Of a stretch of 64,000 nt of DNA, positions 1-11,447 are shown piece by piece. Each line of letters opens with the position of its first letter. Position 1 is the first letter of the stretch. A model generated the notes under the pieces. The model was given only the letters and a program-made list of their open reading frames with translations, searched no databases and was not told the origin of the DNA. The DNA comes from Octopus sinensis. Taxonomy: Eukaryota. The stretch spans positions 81,282,001 through 81,346,000 of the forward strand of contig NC_043002.1 in NCBI RefSeq assembly GCF_006345805.1, given 5' to 3'. A program made the translations under genes and the position numbers.

Positions 1-732
1 GGGGCACAATGAGTACGAACACAAACAAGACGTAACAATAAGACTGCAAAATTAAAATACATGTACAAAAACAAACACAAGAGGACGAACGAAAAAGCCT
101 TTTTTCTGGCATAGACAAACAAAATAAAACTGCAAAAATAAAAATACATGTACAAAAAGTACAATTAGTTACAAAACGAGAAAATAACAAGAATACTATA
201 CAGGAAATTAACCACACAAGGGGACGAACGAAGAAGCCTTTTTGCTGGCAAGGACGAAAGTGTAGTAGCAGCGCGTGGAGGCAGTCTTTTCAATAGTGGT
301 AACCACGTGTAAAGGAATTTTGTTTTATAGGCAAGGAAGAGGGAAGGAGGAGGGGGACACGCGGCGAAGAGAGAGGAGGAGGGGGTGGAGAAAGATTGAA
401 GAGGTTAAAGCAAAGGGAGAGAGAGTACCGCATCTTCAATATAATAATATTAATATAAAAAAAGGGGACCAAGAAGTGGATCGAAACGACGAATCGGAAC
501 GAACCTGATGCGGGGCGCTGTCAGACAATAAGGAGATAAATAAAAATATATGCATACATACAAACATATATGTACGTACCTACATCTACATGTATATATA
601 CATGCATATATAAATAATATACGGAAGTACAGGACATCACAATAAGACGTAGAAACAGAAAAAAACAACAAAACAAACGGAAAACGAAAACCAAATACAG
701 GACAGGTTACACAAGGACAAAACCCCCGTCAT
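1..732 (-). mobile_element. Non-coding repeat fragment, possibly a Penelope-like pseudo-LTR, homologous to the 13745-15668 tandem unit
   Basis: Segment 545-730 shares motifs with the tandem unit (TATGTACGTACCTAC..CTACATGTATATATACAT; AAGGACAAAACCCCCGTC vs AAGGAAAATTCCCCTTC). There is an internal near-duplication within 1-260. The Penelope assignment is inference. Confidence 0.4.
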
Positions 733-835
733 ATATAATATATATATTATATATATATAATATATATATATAATATATATCTGTCTCTCTATACATACAT
801 ACATAACATACATACATACTACATACATACATACA

Positions 836-871
<36 letters not shown>

Positions 872-939
872 TATATTATATATATATATATATATTATAG
901 TGTAGATGTATATATATATATATATATATATATACTATA

Positions 940-972
<33 letters not shown>

Positions 973-975
973 GTG
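733..975. repeat. (TA)n/(TACA)n compound microsatellite
   Basis: Directly visible. Confidence 0.95.
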
Positions 976-1185
976 TAGATGTATGCATCTATGCTTGTGT
1001 ATTTAGGGGGAATTTTGACTCATATACACTTATATGTCATTATGTCATTAACTCAGTGTGCATTCAACAAAAAACAGTATAGCAACCATTTTGGAAAATC
1101 TGTAGTTTTATTATTCCTGCGTGGTGTAGTGCGTGTATATAGGCATACAAATATACACTTAGATGCGTAATATATATTATATTAT

Positions 1186-1244
<59 letters not shown>

Positions 1245-1245
1245 A

Positions 1246-1558
1246 TGTAGGTCCCGGTTGAACCGGGGTTAACCACAGTAAGTAAGGTACTCAATACATA
1301 GCAGAGTAAAATTAATTTATTATATAGAAGGAGCTTCTACAGGACTAGTACTGTTTCATTCAAGAGAAATCTTCAGGAGCTATTTAACAAGAGTTGTATT
1401 AGCATTTATACATTTAGGCAGGTTTAAAGAGTGGTGGTGGGGGACTTTTTGGGGGTAGGCATAGCGCAAAATATCATACTTGGGGGAGTGGTCAAGGAGT
1501 CAGTGGTAAGTTAGATGAAAGAATAGATAAATAAAAAAATAAAATAAAAAATAAAAAT

Positions 1559-1589
<31 letters not shown>

Positions 1590-1638
1590 TAAAAAAATAA
1601 AAATAAAAAATAAAAAAATAAAAAAATAAAAAATAAAA
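1246..1638 (-). mobile_element. Left arm of an inverted repeat; Penelope-like pLTR carrying a hammerhead motif
   Basis: 1317-1638 is the near-perfect reverse complement of 2084-2345. The minus strand reads TATAAAT ... hammerhead core ... AATAAA, a layout typical of PLE pLTRs. Confidence 0.6.
1332..1381 (-). ncRNA. Type I hammerhead ribozyme (copy 1)
   Basis: Minus strand: AGCUC-CUGAAGA-UUUC UCUU GAAU-GAAA-CAG UACUAGUC CUG-UA-GAAGCU. Core CUGANGA/GAAA/GUH is intact; stem I has one bulge. Confidence 0.7.
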
Positions 1639-1721
1639 TGTGTGCACATACATACATAAACACATATACATACACACACACATACGTACACATGTGTGCC
1701 TATACATACCTACACATACAC

Positions 1722-1774
<53 letters not shown>

Positions 1775-2083
1775 ATATATATACACAATCAAATACAGCC
1801 CATTCCCTAATTTTAATTTTATTATCTTCATTTATTACTTTTGTTATCTTTGATCGCTAGGGCTAAGGATCCTGGCGATGGCAGCATGTCCAATGTCTGT
1901 CTACTAGAAGGCAAGTACTCGTTCCCGCACGCACACTCATTAGCACGTACATACACCCATTCGTACACTCATACACATACACGTACGCACGCGTTTATTC
2001 ATACATACAAACAACTACATACGTTCACGTATATCACATACTACTCGTACCTACAGATTCATGTCTACACTTTAGGAGGCTAG

Positions 2084-2345
2084 TTTATTTTTTATTTTTT
2101 ATTTTTTATTTTTTATTTTATTTTTTTTTATTTATCTCTTTCATCTAACTTACCACTGACTCCTTGACCACTCCCCCAAGTATGATATTTTGCGCTATGC
2201 CTACCCCCAAAAAAGTCCCCCACCACCACTCCTTTAAACCTGCCTAAATGTATAAATGCTAATACAACTCTTGTTAAATAGCTTCCTGAAGATTTCTCTT
2301 GAATGAAACAGTACTAGTCCTGTAGAAGCCTCTTCTATATAATAA
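2084..2345 (+). mobile_element. Right arm of the inverted repeat; Penelope-like pLTR
   Basis: Reverse complement of 1317-1638; differs mainly in the length of the (TTTTA)n tract and a few 1-nt changes. Confidence 0.6.
2281..2329 (+). ncRNA. Type I hammerhead ribozyme (copy 2)
   Basis: GCUUC-CUGAAGA-UUUC UCUU GAAU-GAAA-CAG UACUAGUC CUG-UA-GAAGC. Perfect 5-bp stem I, 4-bp stem III, 3-bp stem II closed by U-U; predicted cleavage after GUA (A2324). Confidence 0.75.
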
Positions 2346-3744
2346 TATTATATATATAATATATATATATATATATAAATATACACATGATATTCTTATA
2401 CATCATAGAATGCATATATTGTTATACGCCATAGTATACGTGAATATATACACACGAGCACGCGTGTACTAACGCGTATAAGATATGTGTATATATACGA
2501 GGCAAATTCCTCCTTATTTCGCTACATGCAATACAGCAAGAACTTCACCATTGACCACGGTAAAGACTATACATACAATTACATGAATAAAACAACAACA
2601 ATAACAACAACAGCAACAAGAAGAAGAACGACAGTAACAATACAAAATGGCGCTTAATGTCACTAAGCGAAAAAAGAAATCAATAATAGTCGCTTCCACA
2701 TTGAATAAAAATTACCTCAAATTTTTTACATGAATTACAGACAAAATAATATTTGCATCACATCCATCAAAACCTCTTTTCAAATGAATTTCTCTTTGTT
2801 TTGTTTTTCAATACTTTTAGTTTTATTGTTTGTTTGCTTTTGCTTTGTTTTTAATTGTATTTTTTATGTATTTTTTTTCTGTGCGTGTGTTGGCCAAAAT
2901 TAAGCTATACAGTGATCAATTCAGACGATCAATTTGGAAGATCGATAATAACTTTCGGGCATTGAGATATGTTGGAAACCCCGAGCGTGTTATTATTGAG
3001 CCGCCATATTGTCAGTGCGCTTTTAGAGCAGCCATTACGGTTTTAAACTAATGAAAGGCGAATATTCGTTGTTGTTGCAACAGTTGTTGGTTTTTTATTC
3101 TTTGTTTGTAATTGGAGTTACTTTTTTTTTATATTTTCAGTTTTTGCAGAAATAGCCGAGAAAACAATGATACTATTCAAGTCGTATTGATACTCGAGAG
3201 AAAAGTGGTTCAAATTTGAAATGAAAAACAAAACAGAGATGAGGATGGGTGGAAGCCATTTCACAATGAACATGCCTTGATTTTTCTGTTTAAATTTTAT
3301 TTTTATTTTAAAGCAGTTTACCCGATCCTATCTTCCGTAAATTAGTTGAAGCCGGAATAGCTAAAATTTCATTTTGTTGACATTGGATTTAAAGATGTAT
3401 TGGTATGGCACAGCAAATACTATGCACTCTCAATAAGATGAGATCTTATTAACTCTTGTTTTTACAAGTCTGCCATTATTTCTGTGGTATAATAATTCGG
3501 AAAATAGAATGAAGCTCACTCGATAGATTACCGCAGCATCAACACCACTACAAGTTCCAGCAACTTTCACCATTTAGCTTTTATCTTTTACGAGTTTCAA
3601 TCATTTCACTGCGGCCATGCTGGGGCACCGCCTTGAAGGGTTTTTAATCGAACAACCCGACCCAAGGATTTATTTTCTTTAAAAACCAAGTACTCATTCA
3701 TACAAGCATACACACGCGCGCACAAACACATATGTATATATATA

Positions 3745-4147
3745 GGCGTAGGAGTGGCTGTGTGGTAAGTAGCTTGCTTACGAACCACATGGTTCCGGGT
3801 TCAGTCCCACTTCGTGGCACCTTGGGTAAGTGTCTTCTACTATAGCCTCGGGTCGACCAAAGCCTTGTCAGTGGATTTGGTAGACGGAAACTGAAAGAAG
3901 CCCGTCGTATATATCTATATATATATGTATGTGCGTGTTTGTGTGTCTGTTTGTCCCCCCAACATCGCTTGACAACCGATGCTGGTGTGTTTACGTCCCC
4001 GTAACTTAGCGGTTCGGCAAAAAAGAGAAAGATAAAATAAGTACTAGGCTTACAAAGAATAAGTCCTGGGGTCGATTTGATCGACTAAAGGCGGTGCTCC
4101 AGCATGGCCACAGTTACATGACTGAAACGAGTAAAAGAGTAAAAGAG
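3745..4147 (+). mobile_element. tRNA-derived SINE family A, full length (internal TA/TG microsatellite, AAAAGAGT tail)
   Basis: Head GGCGTAGGAGTGGCTGTGTGGTAAG...GGTTCAGTCCC; more than 10 homologous copies in this window. Confidence 0.9.
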
Positions 4148-4151
4148 ATAT

Positions 4152-4317
4152 GTATACGACGGACTTCTTTCAGTTTCCGTCTACCAAATCCACTCATAAA
4201 CCTTTGGTCGGCCCTAGGCTATAATAGAAAACACTTGCCCAAGGTACTTCGGAGTGGAACTAAACCCGGAACCATTTGGCTGGGAAGCAAACTTCTTACC
4301 ACACAATCACGCCTGCG
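4152..4317 (-). mobile_element. SINE family A, 5' half, inverted relative to the 3745 copy
   Basis: Reverse-complement match to 3745-3910. Confidence 0.85.
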
Positions 4318-5215
4318 ACTATTCTGTATTCTACATATTCAGAATATTTCTATATGCGATATTCTTATATTCTATATTCAGATAGCAGTTGAGTCGTGTT
4401 TGCTTTTTCTACCATGAAACGTTGTTAGAAATAAGTTCTCATAAGACACTGGCATGAAATCAAACGATACGCCCTTACAAACGAAAAGGTGATATACTAC
4501 TAATTCTAAAGAAATATTTATTGGTTGTTACTTAATCACTGACCAGAATTCGTTACAACAACAATATATTGTATTTATCTCTTTCTTTCTTTCTCTCTAT
4601 CTCCTTTTCTCTACCCCCTCTTTCCTTCTTTTCTTCTTTCTTTCTCTCATTCACGCACACGTAAACTTAAAAGCGTCTACCTTCACACACTGATGAAATC
4701 CAATTGACATCAAAGGTAGGGACTTAAACTCCTATTGAGACAAACCCAATGAGTATTTTCAACTATTGGCTGAAGGAGAATCAACTCACATGGTTATTGC
4801 AGTTGAGAAAAGCTTGAATATCACACGATCTCGTTCGCTATTCATCTAAATGTATAACAGCAGAGGTAAAATTAGGGTAAGTGGATTTCGCAACTTGCTA
4901 TTGGTTATCGATTCCCAGTTTTAACCATGTCACTTCCATTGCTCTTTGATCTACAGCATAATATTAATATTCCTCATAGTCTCATAACACAACAGTCAGT
5001 AATAAAGCTTGTTCGGCTGTCGATCTATCATTGATGGTGGCCGTTAACATGACAGATTTTGCACCAAATGCATGTTAATATAACCTCATCTCTCATTTCT
5101 TTTCAAAATGTTTGAAATTCGATATATGAGTATATCCAAGATAACGTGAGACCCATCACTCCTGGAGCTCTCTTAAGGTCATGGCGTATAACTCACTCCC
5201 TCTCTCTAGCTCTCC

Positions 5216-5250
<35 letters not shown>

Positions 5251-5397
5251 ATATATGTGGTGTCAGTGTGTGTATACATAAATACAATGTGTGTCAGTGC
5301 GTGTATACATATACACATATATGCATATTATACGTGTGTATGTGTGTATATATATATGCATGTATAACTATACATATCTACACCCACACAAACAAAG

Positions 5398-5429
<32 letters not shown>

Positions 5430-6279
5430 TTATTTATTTATATATCTGTAACTAAGGAAGGGAAGCTATAGTTGTTACAATTTGTAATCACTAATAATAA
5501 TTGTTTACGTAACCTTTTGCTGATATTTCAGCAGAAAATACCTTATTTAAAGCTTGAAAAGCAACAACGATTACAAGTCTGCAAATATTTCCAGAATCTC
5601 ATTGCTGCTGCTCTCTCCCCCCTCCTCCCCTCCCTCTATCTCTCTCTCTCTCTCTCTTTTGCTTTCAAAAAACCACATACACACAAACACACAGTAAATC
5701 CGTCATTTAGCCATTTGTCGAGCAAATTTCTCGGAGGTGAAATCTGTGAACACATTTTCCGTTCAAAGAGCCTATGGGTGCAACTTCCTCTTCCGGTATA
5801 GAACGGTAACCTAACCCAAATTTCAAATCATATTTATATTATATGAGAGCAGGAAATTTTTTCTCCCATTTCTTTTATCTTTCTAACTCCTTCTCACCTA
5901 GCTGAGCGAATGCACGTAGTTGAAATAAAATGTCTAGAGTGCATGTTTGTATAAATATACATTGTAAGTCATATTTACACAGTACAGTTTAATTTTTTAT
6001 TTTGTTGGCCATTTATATCGCTCATCTTCCGTTACATATTATTTACACCGTACACAGCTGATACTTTACACGACTCAAGGCTTGGAAAATATGTATTAAA
6101 ATATAGCCATTTATGTATCATACTAAATGTAAATATGTAGTGGTAGGCAAATTTTTATTGGACCAGAGGTATCTCTTTTGATCGCGAAGAAAATATGTAT
6201 ATATCGGAGGTCGACGGAACAGCCCCCCCCCCCCCCGCTGAGGTGAATGAGAAGGCTACATCCATTTCTGCTTCGATGG

Positions 6280-6379
6280 ACATCATTAATAACGTGTGCT
6301 CACAGCCAACATGCTGTACATGAATGACTATTTTACTCTAATATTACTTCGTTTGCCTATAGCGAATATACCTGTATAT
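6280..6379 (+). repeat. 100-bp direct repeat, left copy (apparent TSD of the SINE at 6380-6763)
   Basis: Matches 6764-6863 with 2 substitutions. Confidence 0.9.
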
Positions 6380-6763
6380 GGGAAGCACTCCGTCGGTTCC
6401 GATGACGAGGGTTTCGGTTGATCCGATCAACGGAACAGCCTGCTCGTGAAATTAACGTGTAAGTGGCTGAGCACTCCACAGACACGTGTACCCTTAACGT
6501 AGTTCTCGGGGATATTCAGCGTGACACAGAGAGTGACAAGGCCGGCCCTTTGAAATACAGGTACAACAGAAACAGGAAGTAAGAGTGAGAGAAAGTTGTG
6601 GTGAAAGAGTACAGCAGGGATCACCACCATCCCCTGCCGGAGCCTCGTGGAGCTTTAGGTGTTTTCGCTCAATAAACATTCACAACACCCGGTCTGGGAA
6701 TCGAAACCGCGATCCTACGACCGCGAGTCCGCTGCCCTAACCACTGGGCCATTGCGCCTCCAC
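6380..6763 (-). mobile_element. tRNA-derived SINE family C, full length
   Basis: Minus-strand head GTGGAGGCGCAATGGCCCAGTGGTTAGGGCAGCGG with A box and B box (GGTTTCGATTCCC); tail shared with 23288-23470. Confidence 0.9.
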
Positions 6764-6863
6764 ACATCATTAATAACGTGTGCTCACAGCCAACATGCTG
6801 TACATGGATGACTATTTTACTCTAATATTACTTCGTTTGCCTATAGCAAATATACCTGTATAT
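6764..6863 (+). repeat. 100-bp direct repeat, right copy
   Basis: Matches 6280-6379. Confidence 0.9.
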
Positions 6864-7348
6864 ACATATAGGTGGGTGATTGCTTCATCTTCACCGCTCT
6901 CGGAGGTTTCTTGTTGTTAATAGAATAACTAATATTGTCTGAGACCTCTTAGATAACAATTCAGTTCTGCTGCAGATCTGCATGTTTTGAAACATAGGAG
7001 ACTCACGAAAGTTGTAACTTCCATTCCATTGGATCGATCAGATCACTCTGTGAGATTTGATCCCGATGAACCTCCATATGTCTTTTCAGTTCCGAAATCG
7101 ACTTGCGAGTCCTTCTACTCCCTACATACGTCGAAGCACCAGGTCGAAGAGGAAGGACATATTTTACAGTTGACCTTACATGGGACTTCAGAAATATGTA
7201 CACAGCCACATATTTCATACTTCCAGCATTCTATTTTTTCGTTGACGTTCTGATGACAGTGTTGTAGACTTTGAGTTCATAGTAGCCCTCTTCAAAACTT
7301 TCACAACTTTCCATTATACATACATACATACATACATACATACATACA

Positions 7349-7379
<31 letters not shown>

Positions 7380-7491
7380 GTAATTCATTGCATTGTTTCA
7401 CACCCGCGACGGAGCGATGCAGGATGTGTTGAAACGATCGTTTTGATAAAAATTCCAATATACTCCATCTTCCGTATCCATTGTTTCTACG

Positions 7492-7541
<50 letters not shown>

Positions 7542-7557
7542 TATATATAATATATAT

Positions 7558-7592
<35 letters not shown>

Positions 7593-7690
7593 GCACATAT
7601 AAATGTGTGTATATATATATACACATATATTTATATATATACATTATAATTATACACATAGATGTATATGTATGTGTATGTATATATATA

Positions 7691-8086
7691 CTAGCAGTAT
7701 CGTCCGGCGTTGCTCGGGTTTGTAAGGGAAATAACTATATAAGCATTTTTAGTGAGTTATAGCAAAAAAATAGCAACAAAATGCATTAAAAATGGAATAA
7801 AAAATGATGGTAATTTTTTTTTAAATCGTTGACTCATCGTAGACATTTTTAGAGAGTTACTTTCCTTATATAATAGCGAAAAAATGCATTAAAATGGAAA
7901 AAATGATGGTAATTTTTTTTTAAATCGTAGACTCATCGTAGACGCGCGCTAATACCCAGAAGGGCTCGATATGAATCACGACTATAAGATACCCGGTTTT
8001 GGTTAAACTGCACCGCAAAATGTGGGAGTAGTTAGGAATCTAAATCGTAGGAGACAGACACACAACTTCACTTTTATATATAAAGA
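7691..8086 (-). mobile_element. Non-autonomous Helitron, family 1, complete
   Basis: Minus strand starts A|TC (8086) and ends with a GC-rich hairpin (CCCGAGCAACGCCGG) then CTAG|T (7691); no TSD. Confidence 0.8.
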
Positions 8087-8087
8087 T

Positions 8088-8350
8088 TTGTTCAACAACT
8101 AAAACATTCGGTTGTGCAAATTGTTTGCACAGGAAACCTGCCCTGTGTGGCGGTTTTTGCCGTTTTTGTGGATCTGTTTCAGCTTTTTTAGCGATTTCTG
8201 TTTTGGCGACTTCAAGCCATGAAGTCGTTGTTCTAAAAGAACGCTGGTCTCCTTGACAACGCTTTACGACGTTGATTTCCCTACCCTGCCTTCCCCACAG
8301 CTTCACGAGGGAGAGAATAAGGGGAGGAGCTACACAGGTGCAGGTGCGAG
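8088..8350. repeat. ~260-bp segment duplicated at 8836-9085
   Basis: Shared blocks such as CAACAACTAAAACATTCGGTTGTGCAAATT and TTCAAGCCATGAAGTCGTTGTTCTAAAAGAACGCTGGTCTCCTTGACAACGCTTTACGACGTTGATTTCC. Confidence 0.85.
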
Positions 8351-8414
8351 CATGAACGCCAACGCCGCCACCGACACACGAAAAAATTGGAAGAACCCAG
8401 ACGACAGCTTCAGC

Positions 8415-8720
8415 CACTACCACCACCACCACCACCACCACCACCACTACCTACATGACCACCACCACCACTACGCCCATGATCATCACCACCACCATCA
8501 CGAAGACCACCACCACCACCACCACCACCACACCACCACCACCATCATCATCACCACCACCACCACCATCACCCCCCCCACCACCACCAACAACAACAAC
8601 AACAACACCACCACCACCACCACCACAAACACGACGACCACCACGACCACGACCACCATCACCACTACAAGCACCACCGCCACCACTGCTGCCACTACCA
8701 CCGCCTCCACCACCACCATA
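8415..8720. repeat. Degenerate (CAC)n triplet repeat
   Basis: Directly visible; source of the poly-H/T/P ORFs. Confidence 0.95.
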
Positions 8721-9089
8721 CTATGCCTCTGCTCTCTCCTTTTGGCTACTAAATCCATTACCATATTTCACAAGTACCATCGTCATACAATATTGCCTTC
8801 AAAAGTTTGTGTTTGGATAATATTTTTTAAGTAAAAGTTGTGCAACAACTAAAACATTCGGTTGTGCAAATTCTTTGCACGGGAAACCTTCCCTGTGTGG
8901 CATGTTTCCCGATTTTGTAGAATTTGCTTTCGGGCTTTCTTAGCCATTTCTGTTTTGGTGTCTTCAAGCCATGAAGTCGTTGTTCTAAAAGAACGCTGGT
9001 CTCCTTGACAACGCTTTACGACGTTGATTTCCTTACACTCCCTTCCCCATAGTTTCACGAGGGAGGGAAGAAGGGGGAGAAGCAACAAC

Positions 9090-9318
9090 TTCCCTTTATT
9101 TAAAAAATATGCGTTAAAATGGAAAAAAATGATGTTAAATTATTTTTAAAATCGTAGACTCATTGTAGACGCACGCTAATACCCAGACGGGCTCGATATG
9201 AACCACGACTATAAGATACCCGAATTTGGTTAAACTGCACCGCAAAATGTGGGAGTAGTTAGGAATCTAAATCGTAGGAGACAGACACTCACACAACTTC
9301 ACTTTCATATATATATAG
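9090..9318 (-). mobile_element. Helitron family 1, 5' portion
   Basis: High similarity to 7870-8086, including the TC 5' end; no CTAG 3' end of its own. Confidence 0.8.
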
Positions 9319-9370
9319 ATATATGTATATATAATAACAACAACAATAATAATAATAATAATAATAACAA

Positions 9371-10475
9371 TTCTTTCATTAGCCATGAGGGCCCTCATAA
9401 AACAACATTAAATGACATGCAATAACTTAAAAGACAAAAACGGGATGATACAATAGGTTTTATGGCGTGTAAACAATATATATAACAATTAAACAAATTA
9501 AAATTCGCAATAAGGGAAGAGCTTTAAGTTCCTCGTGGAAAAACCCACAAAAGCCATGAGTGCCTGATCAACAGAGCAAGAGCCCTTCCCCTTATATTTC
9601 TCACAGGTGTATGCTCAGAATTCGTCCTTTCATACTGGCCATTCTTCCAACATTCATCCACTTTTCAACAAACTTGCTACAAGGTAACACGTCTCTCTCT
9701 ACCCTCAACTTCCTTTTCAAGTGAAACTTGAAAAAGTTGATGAGGGCTTGACCAAAGAGGAAAGTGTCTGCCTTAAACTCTATCAAACAGGTCCACCATA
9801 CTACCTCTTTCGCTACAGCCACCATAAAAATAAAAATTGCCTGCCGCTCCCGGCCAAAAGAGGGCAGCGGGGTAATCTTCACAACGGATTCAGCCGATAG
9901 CCGGTTCCGCCCCACACGCGACAGCAAGTGTTCGATACTCGGTCAGCAATACTCGGACACTGGACTAGGGTGTGCAGAACGGTTTCATTGTTCTGGGTGC
10001 AATAATGGCAGTCCAGGCTGACGACATTTCCGTGCCAGTAAAGTTTATCCCTAACAGGCAGCGCTCCACGGTAGCACTGCTAGGCAAGGGATTTCTAGAA
10101 GTTATCCAATGGCCCAAGCTCGAAACAGACCGGTTAGTTAATCATCGACGCCCAGAGTTTGTCGTCGCACTTTCCCTCCACATCGACGCGCCGAGAATGT
10201 CGTCACACTTTCCCGCCATAAAACGCTAGATTGGAACTACCACCGACCGCATTGCCCGCCTGGTAGAGGGCTGTGAGCGTTTGACGGCACTCGATGTACC
10301 AAGCGCCTTTCCTCAGTCTACGCCTAATATGTTAGTAGAAAGTTCCGATGTGATCGTTACATTGATCACCAAAACAGTCTATCATGGACCAGTAGCCGGA
10401 TTACCACCTCCCACTTTAAAGGGTATGCATTTGCAATCCAGGAACCGGAAATATCAACGAAGTACTTGGTGCACA
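9371..10475 (-). mobile_element. Tx1/L1-clade LINE 3' fragment (zf-RVT region, ORF2 end, 3' UTR), decayed
   Basis: Minus strand encodes QCYRGALPVRDKLYWHGNVVSLDCHYCTQNNETVLHTLVQCP and ends KWMNVGRMASMKGRILSIHL* (stop at 9601); the UTR ends in AATGAAAGAA before (TTA)n. Confidence 0.85.
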
Positions 10476-10509
10476 AAAGCAGTAAAATGCAGTAAAATGT
10501 GACAACTGA

Positions 10510-11025
10510 TGCAAACTTTGTGGGGTTAACACCGAAGATATCACCTATATCATAAAACAGTTGTCTGAAAATATCATCACGGTATTATCTACCGATGACA
10601 CATGATGTTGTAGCTAGGACACTCTAAAATGAAATGCGTAAGAAGGATAATTCCGAAGACAAAGAAATAAGAAACCACAGTATGGTATAAGCCATAGCCA
10701 ATCATAATAAAAAGGAGTACTGGTGGAATGTCCCAGTGAAAACCTAAATAAAATGTAAGCACAACAGACCTGATTTAATGACTTGGAATAGAGAAGAGAA
10801 ACTGTGCATAGTTGGGGAAATTAGCTGCCCAGCGGATGTTAATATAATGCTGAAGATCAGTGAAAAAGAGAATACCTACACGGAACAACTGAGAAATTTG
10901 CAGGTATTCTATCTAGATTATAAGTTCAGGTTTATACCTGTAATTATTGGGGCCCTGGGATATGCAACACACTGCCTAAATACTAATCTTGAGAAATTAG
11001 GTTTCTCAAAACCAGAAAGGAAAAA
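10510..11025 (+). mobile_element. R4/Dong-type LINE fragment, family 1 (CCHC knuckle + REL endonuclease)
   Basis: CKLCGVNTED..NSC, HDVVARTL, YWWNVPVK, HNRPDLMTW, GEISCPAD, EKENTY, PVIIGALGY; contains frameshifts and stops. Confidence 0.85.
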
Positions 11026-11393
11026 GATGGACTTTGAATTTCTCTCCTTTAATATCTCAAATGCAAGATCTCTCTCTGATGACAAACATTATTATGGACA
11101 ACAGAAACAGCTGTCGGATTTCTAATTCTTTTCCTTCACCCCTTTAATTCTCTATATCATTTGTACTCTATGTAAGTTGGACCATTTTATATGTATACAT
11201 ATATACATTTTTTGTATGTAATGTATTTAATACACTTTACATAGTGATCTGTCTAATTTGCATATTCCTACATTTACTTCTACATTTACCGCTGCAGTTT
11301 AAATCTCTTGAGCACTACTACGCGTATTCTAGACGAAGAATATCTCGATCTCATCTATGAACTACATATATATAATATATATATATGAACTAC

Positions 11394-11447
<54 letters not shown>

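Noticed and set aside
733-1245. Irregular TT/AA interruptions in (TA)n tracts as a possible code or pattern
   Set aside because: Single-base indels in dinucleotide and homopolymer runs throughout the window fit long-read consensus error better.
5783-5797. Double ETS-like motif (ACTTCCTCTTCCGGT) suggesting a promoter
   Set aside because: Short motif expected by chance; no adjoining first exon or CpG-rich context.
6987-7253. Overlapping 88-aa and 71-aa ORFs, one with a YVG motif reminiscent of GIY-YIG
   Set aside because: A single short motif without the other conserved residues; cannot be assigned.
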